Origin: Takakia lepidozioides
Lineage: Eukaryota > Plantae > Bryophyta
Direction of reading: 5' to 3'
Length of the DNA: 64,000 nucleotides
NCBI GenBank assembly: GCA_030704615.1
Contig: CM060733.1
Coordinates: 44,516,001 to 44,580,000, forward strand
Under the pieces are notes generated by a model. That model had not been told where the DNA came from. It ran no database searches and saw nothing but the letters and a program-made list of their open reading frames with translations. Positions 25,401 through 38,400 of the stretch are shown here, one piece after another. Each line of letters opens with the position of its first letter. Position 1 is the stretch's first letter. The position numbers were made by a program, and so were the translations under genes.

Positions 25401-27924
25401 TCATCCGGGCACTGCCACACAGAGGTGTGGTGTCCAATGGCGACAACTGAGGTGGTCCTGGTGCAATCACCGCACTCTCCTCTTCTCCTGACGGTACGAA
25501 GGCCTCTACCCAGACTTGTTGTACCCGTCCATCAGCAGCCTGCTGCAAATCCTTGCTCGTACCCCATAATGGAGTGTGAGCAACCATGGCAGGCAACTCC
25601 GCCGTACCATGCATGTCATCCTGCTCTGCTGGAGGTGACACATCCTCTGCATGGGCATTGCCTTCCAGCAACTCTCCAGGCCAACTAATTGCAGCTGTAA
25701 AGGCGGCTAGTGTTGGCATCTTGCCCCGCTGGGCAGCCGCAATACCCCCAATGAATGTCATAGGGAGCTGTGCACAACGACCATCCCCTGACTGCCATCT
25801 AGGCCTGTAGGATGCTGACTCCTCCCAAAAGTCCAGGGTGAAGCCCATGGGATATAACACTGCCCCACCAACAAGGACATCGTAAGAGACCGCATCTGTC
25901 ACAATGGCCTTGGCTCGCATCACTGAGCCATCTACAGGATGATCTGGTTGTAGTCCAATGACCAACTCACGCCGTGTCATGCCCCGAGCATGCTCTGATC
26001 CTCCCAGAGATGTCTGTATCTGGAAATGACAAGGCTCCATATCCGCCTCCATGAGGCCCAAACCTGCAATAGCAGCTCTGCTCAATATCAGTGGCTGAGC
26101 TCCTGAGTCCAACAAGACCCGCAGTGGCCGATACTTCTTGCCTGCCGGTCCACTCAAAGTGAAAATGCCTCCCTGGTTGTACTTACTATGTCCGTTGGGT
26201 GATGTTTATTTTATCACACTAGGTACAGCAAAGAGACAGATGTAGGCATGGAGGACGTGTGACTGGGTTTCAGTGTCTGAAGCTGTGTTGTGGGCCGGGC
26301 ACACTGGGTGGGTCCGGACAATTCTCATTGACAATAACATGATGCTTAGGTAATTTATGACTCAATTAGAAGCAAGTGGGATACATGATCAAAGTAGGAG
26401 AGAAGTAGTTGATTTGGTAGGGAGGGGGCTCTGAGAGGAGGCGGTGTAGAGTAAAGGAAGTTGCAGAAAGAGTTTTGTTGACTGAGATTAGATTTGTCCT
26501 ATGTCGGCTCAGTATGTTGTTGGTTGGTGCTGCAATTATGGGACCCAGTGCAGCCTGCAACTGAAGAAGAGGACAGGGATGCTCATGAACAAGAGGACCG
26601 GGATGCTCATGGAAGTGCATGAAAGATGAAGTTTAAGCATATGGGAGACATCTAGCTTTTCAAAGGTAAGTCCTGCTTGTGTTCCACATCAAGACCTTTC
26701 ATGTGGGCATATTGTCTCCCTCTTGAAGAGAAGCTAGAGACAAAAAGAGAGACATTAACAGTTAAGAGTGGCAAAAAGAACTACACTCAATATGATTTGA
26801 GAAATATATCATTAGACAGAAAAATGTCCAAATACTTGAAAGTCTCTGGATTGCACCAATTACAATATAGATTGGAATATGTCTGTCTGGGAGGGGATGT
26901 GCTTGCCACAGCCGTTGGTGGACGCCTTTACTATGCAACTGCAGATGGGTAAGTCAGCCCATGAACTTACAAATGTGTGCCATCCTCTCTTTCTCTTTCT
27001 CTCTCTCTCTGACAATGTTTCTGAAAATGTTTCACAACGTTTGCAATTCTGTTCACCAACTTTGAAAATCTCTAGGCTGAGCCTGAAGCCCTTGCCGGGC
27101 ACCCCCACACACGGCAGATTGATGCTTGTGTAAGGGGCTTTCTAGAGGATATTTGGAAAGCCCAAACTAATTGGTTCTACCATGGTAAGCCCCGCCACTG
27201 GAGTGAGCCCCTCGCAAAGGTAGTGTCTGTTCCCTTCTGTTCCACTCAAATTGGGCATGGGGTCTATGGCCACAAGGCTACGGCAACAAACGACGTCTTT
27301 TGAGTACATTGCTCTCCTCAAAGAAGGCTTTAGCTGGGAGCATTGGATACATAAACGACCATACTGTCTATGATTAGGTATCAGATTGCTTCTGTAATCT
27401 TGCATGTTCCATCTACCCAGATAAACAACAGAGAAGTGCTTAGCACCTTATGAGACACTTTGCCTTTGTGCCTTGTTGGTGGCTCCAATTGTTTTTGGGT
27501 TTCTATGGCTCTCTAATTTGGTTTTTAGTGGTTCTACTGTTTTGCTGTACATATGCTTTTGGACTCTTTATCTTATATATGAACATGCTGCCATTTTACT
27601 ATGTTTTCTCTGGTCCATGGCTCAGAAATGGTCTTCAATTTGTCACAGGAATGCTGGATGAAGTCTTTTGAGTTTTTGTGGCAGGATGCTACACATGTGG
27701 CTTCTTGCACCAAGTAGGGACAAAATGGCAGCTAGCAGTTTTAAGAAGATGACATGTATTCAAGCCCATGAGGGTATCTCAAACAACTACCAATCTTTTC
27801 CTTCTCAGAAGCACCTTCCATGAATTAGATGGACTTGTCAATACTTAAATGATGAAACCCTGTAAGACTTTATTTACAACATGTACAATGGGTGAACGTA
27901 TATAGGATGAGAAGTTCCTATAAA

Positions 27925-29510
27925 AAGGGGGGGGGGGGGGGGACAAGAAACAAGAGAAGAAAACAAAAAGCTATAGTAAGCTACTCAGCTAGAGAAGAAA
28001 ACAAAAGCTATAGTAAGCTACTCAACCAGCAACGAAAACAGAAGCTATAGTAAGCTACTCAAGCAGAGTGACCCTCCTAGCCAACAGCCTGGAGGAGATC
28101 AGGCAAGGAGATAGACAAATTGTCAGGCATAAGCGGAAGATGAGATGACGCCGAGCTAGCCACATCAGCCCGATGCAAAATAGATATGGCTTGTGCTCTC
28201 TGCAAAAGCAGTTGAAACACGTTGTCGATAGTAGGCGACAAGGACGGAGGCATGTGGGATGCCAGTGGACCTGCTCTTGGCTGCATGATGTACATATGTC
28301 CGCAGGAAATCGTCGAAGTGCTGGTGCAATGAGCCAAATATCTCGACCGCCAGCGGAAGAAATCTGTCGGTGGGGTGACGATCGCTGTAGTCGCGCTCCT
28401 TGGCCTGAGCTGCTACAGTGGCTGCCGTGCCTGGTGTGGTAGCTGCGCAAGATAGCAGATCCACTCGAGTGGGGTCGGCGAGAACGACATCTGCTAGGGT
28501 ACGCAAACCATCTCTAGATAGGATGATGTCAACACGATGGCGTGTAGAGTGGGACGTGAGCGTGGGTCGTAGATATGGTTGCTCACGCAGTATATGATAT
28601 CCTGCCTCCCGAGCAATATATGCCACCGCATCGCGAACCATATCATGAGACGCAATGCGCTCACCACCGCATGGACAGCGGAGGAGATGGATGGCAAGGT
28701 CATCGATGGGCTGATGACAGACGCGGCGCTGAAGGCCCAATGCCGAAGGATGAGACAAACCAAGTTGAAGGCGGTCAGGCTCGATGCAACTCAGAAGAAG
28801 CACTTGAGAGCATGCCGGAAAAGGAATGACGGTGCACACGCTCGGAAATGGACTCCTGAAGATGGCGAGGCCTTGAGCAACCAACTGCTCAAATGGTGGT
28901 AGACATGCTCGCGCCGGTGTTGGAAGAAGATCTCGTGCAGAGCGGAGATGCTGCTGGAAGGGTAAAATGCCACTGTCGACATGTGCAACGACGTCTATAA
29001 GGATGTGACAATGGTCACAGAGAAATCGTGAAGCGAGGGCTGGCGCAACCAATGCCCAACTGCCAAGGAAAGCTGACGGGGCGGTAATGACAATAGACAA
29101 AAGACCCACACCACCGGAAGAGACAGGCAAGGTGGCTTGCTGTCATGCCCAAAGTCCCTGAGCACCCTCCACAGCTCCTGGTCCTAACAATCTCCCGAAG
29201 ATAGTCATCATGGTAGTATCAAACCCAGATAAGAGGTGTAGGAAATTTGGGCTGGGTGGAACGGTGCGCAAGAGATACGAGGGACGCTGAAGGAAACATT
29301 TGGTCAAGATTCCGTATGCTACCTGTACATCTCCGAATCTAGGAAGGAGATCAGCGTGGGTGACATCTTCCAAGAAGGACGTTGTGAACTGGATGGTGCC
29401 AAAAGGGACTCCCATGATTCTGAAGTGAGCAGGGAGGACAAAATCTGCAGGGAGACCGGACGGAGACCACACCGCAAATTTGCGAGGTTGCATTGAAAGG
29501 CCCATGGGTA
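27925..29510 (-). mobile_element. 5'-truncated non-LTR retrotransposon with restriction-like endonuclease (CRE-like)
   Basis: RT thumb region (MGVPFG...RPSYLLRTVPP, PVSSGGVGL), Zn-knuckle region CHQPIDDLAIHLLRCPCGGERIASHDMVRD, RLE core RVDIIL...LADVVLADP...AKERDY...FLPLAVEIFG. The 3' UTR has three copies of a ~27-bp repeat. Confidence 0.8.
27960..28064. repeat. Three copies of AAAACA(A/G)AAGCTATAGTAAGCTACTC at the 3' end of the non-LTR element
   Basis: Directly visible at ~27960, ~27998 and ~28035. Confidence 0.85.
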
Positions 29511-30033
29511 CTGTGCAAATTAGGTCACTAAAAACTGAATTTTGAACCTCACCCTTGTTCTATCATTGCTGTAAAAGTTACAGTTTGTAGTAACATATAT
29601 ATAAGCTGAAAACTAACATGTGGAGCTGGAAAAACTGTAGTAGTGAAAATGTGGGTCTATGTCCTAATTGTTCCGGCGTCCACTGAAGGAAGTGTCCAGG
29701 TTATCCATTACATTGCACATAAATCAAGCAAGTAAAGCTCAGGGTACCTCCTCAGCTGTGGCATCAAACAGAGCAACATAAGAGCTGCACTATTTGTTCC
29801 GCTTCTACGCTTCGGATGCACAATCCCTCTTTGAACTCAACTTTTCTAAGTAGGCTTCAATTCAGTTGTAGTGGATACCACCACCACATGCTGTGAACCC
29901 GAGTAGTTGTAGACGGCTGTGGATGGAGAGTTCGTGTTACTAGGCTTCTTCTGCCATCTCCCTCCCCGATGCACACGGAAGGATTTTTCAAGGACTTTTA
30001 GGGTTTCTATGTACAGACCACAAAATACACAGC

Positions 30034-31282
30034 ATGGCTGGAAATAGTAAAAGGGAAGTGGATGGCGTGCAAAGAAGGTTCAAGTATCAGAGGCTCAAGG
30101 CCGAAGCTCTCTTTCCCAACACGTCTCTTTTCCCAAGCTCCGTGTTAGGATCACAAGAACACCTTAGAGAGGTTTTGTGGGTGGGCAATATGGAGGAGGA
30201 GATTTGGAGCAGGCTGCCTTTGGAGTTAGTGATGGTAGTGTTGGCCTGCTTGCCGTATCGAAGTCTGGCCCGCTTTAAGTCGGTGTGCAAGTTGTGGAAC
30301 TCCCTCCCATCCACTGCTTGTTTCCAACAACTCTGTCAGCACCTCCCTCTTCACCAAGACTCCTATCTCTTGGTTTTTGACAGTTACATACGCCAAAATG
30401 TTTGCCCCCACATGTCGTATGCCCCCACAACTCGACGGTGGGACAAGATCGCCCTCAAACTCCCGGAGGAGAATTTTGTAAACAGAGTTCGTGCTGCAGA
30501 TGGAGGCTTATTTTGCGTAACGGGCAAGGGCAACTGTGACTTCTCATGCACTGTGTACAATCCTCTGTTGACCACTTTCAGACAATTGCCTGCCCTGCCT
30601 CACACTTCAACACATTTCGACGGGGAAAGCGTGAATATGATTGTGGATAGATGCAGCAACACCTACAAGGTCCTTGTGATACGCAATGACGGCGACGACG
30701 ACGGAGGAGGACGTTGGAGAACAGACATGTATGACTCAACTTGCGAGTGTTGGACCGAGACTGGAAACATGTCCTCAATAACCTTTCCGCGTTGTTCAGG
30801 AAGTGTGATATGTGGCCCTACTCTCTTTGCTCTATTTTGTACACCAGACAAAGCCAACCTTGATAGACACGAGAATGACATTGTGATGGCTTGTGACATT
30901 GGCACGGGTGTGTGGACTAAAGTCGCTGCACGAATGCCTCCCTTTGGAGGTTGTTGGTATTGTCCACTTGTAGAGAGTGAGGGGCGGCTGCTGCTGGTTG
31001 GGTCGCCTCGCGATCAAATTCACCCCTCTCCAACAGTTTGTGTGTGGGAGTTGAAAGTTTCTACAGCGAGTGCAGAGTGGCTGGAGATTGCAAGAACTGA
31101 GATTGCAGGAACTCGTGGTTTGGCCTACATGCAAGTGGTTATTCATGTGGAGGCCCCATGAAGTACTTGTGATGTATGACATGAAACAACACACATGTAC
31201 ATCCACTGGAGTTCCAGGTGATTTAGGAATGATACTAATACACATGATGGTTGGGGGTCTTAGTTTAGGTGCAAAAGTGTAG
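30034..31282 (+). CDS. F-box protein with kelch-like beta-propeller region; probable frameshift near 31100 (possible pseudogene)
   Basis: F-box IWSRLPLELVMVVLACLPYRSLARFKSVCKLWN (possible start M at 30190). Downstream AADGGLFCV, VYNPL...LP, LVESEGRLLLVG, VWEL...WLEIAR. A plausible C-terminus (VLVMYDMKQHT...LSLGAKV*) lies in another frame, ending at 31282. Confidence 0.8.
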
Positions 31283-31783
31283 ACAAGCTTTTCTTTTGTT
31301 TTAGAACATGTTCCAATTCCATCAGAGTGCAAGAAACTGGGAGCCTCCTTGTATGGCTTCTTTTTTCCCTTTCCTTGTTGGGCTGCCATGAGCCATGTGC
31401 TTGGTGCACGTGTTTGCTTTGAAAGAGATTAGTTTCTCAAAAGTTGTGGTGGGGCAAGATTAGATTAGGTGTGCAGCCTGCATATTGATGTGATGAAGTT
31501 GGTTGTCCCTTATGTGCTCATAACTCTTGAAAGCCTCCTAACCAGCATCTAAACCAAGATCCCCAAAACCAAGAGTTTCACATTGGAACCCTCGAAGCTG
31601 TCTAGGTAAAGCAAAAACAGAATGTAGGAAGACGGAAGTAAGTTCACAAGATCTGCAGAAAGCCCAAACGGTGAGGGACACACGTGAAACAACACAAGGA
31701 AACCCGGGAAACCAATGCCTAACTCAAACTTGCTTGAAGGTATAGTGCCTGATAGCGATGCTGCGCAGGTAGCATCGTCTCTT

Positions 31784-33516
31784 TGTTGCCAGTTTGTGAT
31801 TGTGCTCATCTTCTGTGCATATACTTTTCTCAGGCAAGAAAGAAGAAGATTGGTCATGTAAGAGTTCTCATGCACAGGTTCTGGGCTTTCGTGTATTATG
31901 GGTCCACTGGCAGTCAGAGACACTTTCTGGTTGCTCAAAACTCTCATGTGTTGCTATTCCAGTGGGGTGCAATTCTTCTGAAGGGATTTGTTCAAGTGTA
32001 TCTCTTTCGTACGGATATATAAAAGCAACACAAGAGGAAAAGTGCTGTCTGCAAGCTATTCCCTGATACCATGATTCTCAATCACTGGTCCCAAAATGCT
32101 CAGCAACAACAGGCAACTTTTGCTTTTGGAAGTCGGAACCTCAAAAGGCCATTTGACTGTGCGTAGATGATGAGTGTGAAGGTGGTAAATTGATGACAGT
32201 CCATATAAAATTCCATGTGTAGAGATATGTGAAGGAAGGTTGTGCAACTGGTGCAGTCCTGGGCGATGACGATATGCCACAATAACCGCCCTCCCAATCT
32301 ACAGACCCCAATGCTGCTGCCCTGCCTGAAAACCTCAGGAGTCTCTATCTTCTCCTGCTGAGAGGTCACAAATATGCAATTGATACTGGATGGAATATTA
32401 CCCATTCCATGGACTGCATGCAAACCCGGCTAGTATGCTAGCTCAGGAATCACATCCAGGCAAAAAGCACAGTAGGTTCACACAAAAGCAGATTTTCACT
32501 GGTAAAACCCGCTGCTTGCCCAAAATAGCCTGGTACTGTGCAAAGATTTCAGAGTTGAAATCACATCCTCAGCTGATATTCTCATCAGATAGTGACAATG
32601 TCTGTCCAAAACTCAAGCTGCACACTCCTGTTCCTAGACCTCACTATTGACTCTTGGTGCCGGTTTTTGATATCCAAGCCTGGTGGTGGATTGCCCCTCC
32701 ATACAGACCTGCATATGTGAAGAAACTGACCATGATAGTACCTAAGATTAGAATTGGGGATAGTAGTTTACTCGGTAGTCAGCTGCATCTTTAACAGAGA
32801 GTGGAATTATGATCAGTCCTGTTTGGGTCATCAAGAAGGGAGTGGAGGGTGATGAACTATCAAAATACTTCTATCCCAGTTACAGTTATCCCTTGGTGTG
32901 GAAACTTTTGGTAATCTGACCCCTTTATTTCTGCATTCCTACAGTCAAATTGGTCCAGTGGTTCATGATCTCTCCCTTCAGAACACTTTTTTGTCTGTTT
33001 TGAGCACTAGTGAGAACACTAAGTATCTTCAAGAGTCACATTTTCCTCTGCTGCTTTTGGAAAACGATTCTAGTGACACCTGAGGAGATCATCTTTTAAC
33101 CAAACAAGCACACAGTCAAAATTTCAGGTAGAGGACTGTCAAGTGGGCCATTGACCTTTTATGCTTGGGACTTCTGCTTTTCATTGTTTTGCACTTGCCA
33201 TTCTCTCTGACAACATATTAACAATTATGGATACATGCTCCCTGCCTGCCTGCCTGCCTGCAGGGAAAACCGACACAGGCTGGGCCTGAATGTGCTGATG
33301 GGGTCATCCTACAACTCGTGACGATCAAATGCACCTTCTATAGCTTGAGCCTTCCAATCCCTTCAAAAACTACTGCTGCATACCTTTTGGGGGCCTTTTA
33401 CTGGTACGGTGATCACATCATTGCACAAAGTCCAGCAACCTCAAAATCAAGATGTGTGTTTTTTCTCACTTGGAAACTAGAGAAGGCGTCAGTTTGCATG
33501 ATGATGAAGGAAAAAA
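31784..33516. repeat. Dispersed duplicated segment, copy B, abutting the 3' end of psaK
   Basis: Colinear match to 6910-9364, lacking the 8150-8852 insert. Confidence 0.9.
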
Positions 33517-33579
33517 CGTTTTAATAATGCACAGAAAAGTTTTACAGTGGTGAGAACTGAGAACCCGTTGGTCGACAAT

Positions 33580-34702
<1,123 letters not shown>

Positions 34703-35472
34703 TCTCGCTACGTCGTAATGCGACACCTACACTCTGCACACGCGATTGCAGGAGAGAGAGAGCACACAAATGCGTCTGAGCAGAGCTCTCCAAACAAGCA
34801 AGACGAGGCCCGGGCAACCAGGGCAGCTACAACACTTCCAACCAAAAACATTTAGGACTCAACTTGAGCTGGAAACTTGAGGGAGGGCAGTTTGGGCAGA
34901 TGTTAAATATTAAATAACGGGCACGGGCAGCGGAGTAGATAGTGGAGCATATCTGCTATATCCGCACGGCCAATCGCACGCCCCGCCTAAGCTTCAGGGT
35001 ACCAAAAGGATGAAAAGAGTTCATCCACATCCCATTCTTGCCAGCCAGATCGATGTGGATGAACAATATACTAGCCATTGGATGAACATCGTTTGTTTCG
35101 TGGCACGGCATAAAGACCTCGCTCAGATACGTGCTTTTACTATTCATTTAAAATTTATTCCGTCACTACGGGTTAATTATTCTTACGGTGTAAGAAGAAC
35201 CGATGTCCGTTCGTCCGTTCCCGGCCGTTCTCCTCCGTCGGGTCTCGTAGATAAAAGGATCGGAGAACTCAGGGGAACGGACGACAGAGTGAGCGCAGTA
35301 ACAGAAGTTACTAGTGTGTTTGAATGAGTGACTAGTAGCCGTTGCCGTACTGCTTCCCTCCTTCGCAGGCGTCCTGTTTACTGCGATTTCTGAGGAGAGA
35401 TTCTCCATAGACATTGCGAGGAGGAGCTGTGAGAGAATGCATGCTTTTCGCGAACTTTATGAGCATTGATTG

Positions 35473-38400
35473 ATGCCCAAAGCTCTCGCTGATCGCTCTG
35501 TGGCTCCCACACCTGTTTTGAGTGAACTTCGGAGTGCATGCCCAAGCTTTAGAGTACAAAGAGAGGGCAAGATGCTGGAGATATCGGTGCTGACGGAGGA
35601 GGAAAAGGTGGTGGACCCGCGTTTGGGATACCCGCATGGCTATGTCAAGCTGTGCAGGAATCCGGCCGCGCAGCTCTCGGGCCTGATTACCCCCTTTAGT
35701 GATGGCCCTCCCCGGCGCTTTCTTCCGTATACTCCTCAGGCTCAAGATGTATGCTCGCCCTCCCGATGAGTGAGAGAGAGAGAGGGAGAGAGAATGAAAG
35801 ATAGGCTGAGAATGCATTTCTATAGCTCTTACAGGTCTCACAGGTTGTGAGATTAAGTGGTCCTGGAAGAGGTATGACCATTTCTCTGTGTGGGGTCAAC
35901 GATGCAGCAGCAGAGAAGGCCACTGTATAGATGAAGTGTCAATGAGGTCCTGCAATGACATTTAGCTGTAAAGCAGTGATATAGTATGTGGACATTTCGC
36001 ATGAACCAGACGTCGGGATGAATTTGCTCAAAGGACAAACCAAGTGATACTTTCATGGTCTAATATTGGCAAGGTCTTTGAGATTATGTAGAATTAGGCA
36101 CAGTAATGACTCTCTCTCTCCCCCTCTCACTCACTCACACAGTCAAAACTATGTTTCACTGCTTCTGGGTTAATCCCATCGCCTACTGGTACGGTCCTGC
36201 ATTTGTATCTTTGTCTAATGAAAAGGATGACCATAGGTTTTGAATGTAGACGGTGTAAGCAGCCTTGGCTTGGATTGTAAGTTGCTGGAATTGCTGGGGT
36301 CAGCTTTGTAGTTAACCATTACCTTAGGTCTACATAATGCTGTCACGAACCTACTTTCTGTAAGTAGAGTCTGCAGAGACAGAAATGGATTCATACTACA
36401 TACTGCAGATAATTGTTGCCTGTTGCACTATAGGGGTTGCTGTGTCTCAACAATGTGTGCTAGTATGCACCTGTTTAACTTTGAGACTATTCGAGTGTCC
36501 TTTTTCCAAGTTCCGATGCTTACAAATAACAGGTCGGCATAATCGAGTCTTACTTTGGGGTTTGTCACTCGGGACTCTTTTGATGGGGCCATGAAGAGCG
36601 ATGTGATTGAGTAGTAACTCTGATGTGTCTCAGTTATCAAAGCTGAAGGAGTGGGACGATTTGTTCCCTGCTGTTGTGGAGGCGGAGAGGGAACCCCCCA
36701 ACGCTCACAATCATGCCGAAGAGCTATGGCTGCAGCTGGATCACCTTGGGTTTGTAGTCACTTTCCTCTCAGATTACCCGGTGTTGACTTTGTTCATATT
36801 GTTGGCTCTCCCCTTTTGTGGCAATAAGATGCTCAATGTTCAATTTCCTGCTCCAAGTAAGTGGTAAAGTGGCTCGGATGTTGGCCAAACTTTTCTATTC
36901 TACCTAGACAATTAGGAGATTTTGATATGTAGACTGCCATGAAAATGGATGGCTGCCATCTTTTAGGGCGTGAATTAAATGTACCAAAGATTGCAACTGC
37001 ATGGGGACAGCTTGCACGTTCCGTTTTTTCCGGAATCTAGGCTAATGCATTGCATCTACAGAATGTAATCATAGAGAAAGTTCCCAAATTGACATGCCAG
37101 CCTGCAGGGACTCGCATGTATCTTTATCTGTTATTACTTGTAATACCCATGTTTGAAAGAGAATAGAGTGATCTGTAGAACATCCACGAGCCAAAAGGGC
37201 TTAAACAAATAATTAAACAAGGAGAGAATGAACAAAAGAAGAAACAGCGATGACCAAAAGCTTGTGGATATGCAGGAACGCAGGATTTGATCCCGCAAAG
37301 TTTAGAGTGGATGCTTATGGCAACGTGGTGTACTGGAATGCCGACCCCTCCTCTCCACTTGCGTGGGAAGTTGACCATTGGTTTCCTCATACAAGTACAT
37401 CAAACCAACTAAAGCATCTCCATTGTTCTATTCTGTGACCACATCTCTGTTGTAATTGGAATTGCAAAATGAGTGCAGTCTCACTTCTAGCACCTCACCA
37501 ACCTGATGTATATGGACGGAGCAATCTGAAAGAGCACTGAAACAGCTAGATGGTTGATGAGAAATCTCAAAAACAATTGCTCGAATAAAATGTGTTTCGT
37601 ATTCTTTTCAGGAGGGGGCCAGACAGTGGTTAGCAATCTGCAAGTGGTTCAATGGCAAGCTCACCAACGTAAGAAGAATCGTCTGGAGTTTTTGGTACCA
37701 TGGTGGGACCTCCAGCATGGTGTGTCCATCAACCAGTTCCTTTCTGCCTTTGCTGCCAAAGATGCCAACTTCAGGTAACAGCCTTTTAGCTCCAATCTCC
37801 ATCTTCATTTGAATCTTTCTCCAGGACATAATGATGGAGAGGCAAACAAAACGTATTTTGTACTAAAGGTTGGTGGTTTTGCTCATGGAGAACTTTGATA
37901 GCATATGTGTGTGACGGGAAGAAACTCTTTACATCTGCTGAAGGCCCATGGGACACAGAAACCAGGATAAATCAAATCCCAAATGGAGTATCAAGGCTAA
38001 GTGCTCATGCAGATAAGCTGTTAGACATTTCAGTTCCTCACTAGTAAAGGCTCTGTGAGAGACAAGGATCAACCAGTCTCTTCCACGAATCTAGTAGTAG
38101 GCAGGGCACAAGAAGAAGCAAGCAAGAAAGCAAGAACTTACAAAATAGTTAAGTCCACATGAGGCCCAAAGCCTCAGGGATACAGTGGATGATACTTATA
38201 AGCGCCCTTAGGGTCGATAGGAGAGGACAAAGTGGATTCCAAGAGAGAGCTTGCTGTTCCCTCTTCCATAGAGTCCATGCTGGGCGCGATAGAGTGCTTT
38301 GTGTGAAAACTCAATTGCAATGTTTGGTTGATTGTAACAGGCGTCGGTCATTCGCATTGTTCTTTGCTGGAGGGGAGGATGAGAAGGTAGTGAAGCAGCA

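Larger units (their letters stand above)
20197..26180 (-). mobile_element. Ty3/gypsy LTR retrotransposon copy 2 (PR-DNMT3-like MTase-RT-RNaseH-INT-PHD, 3' LTR); 5'-truncated just upstream of the protease
   Basis: Protease RVLLDSGAQP (ORF 25297-26157); MTase ~24440-25400; RT RMCGDYRPVN, FSMLDLRSGYHQL, CYIDDIIIFS; RNase H; integrase; PHD CMLC...CDQC...HMGC...WLCPHC. LTR matches copy 1. Confidence 0.95.

Noticed and set aside
26220-26950. Exon-like pieces VLWAGHTGWVRTILIDNNMML (WD40-like) and LATAVGGRLYYATADG
   Set aside because: Too short, with no coherent gene model. They may be pseudogene debris.
35019-35064. 13-bp perfect inverted repeat GTTCATCCACATC/GATGTGGATGAAC in the PSAK divergent promoter region
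   Set aside because: Too short for a miRNA precursor. No function can be supported.
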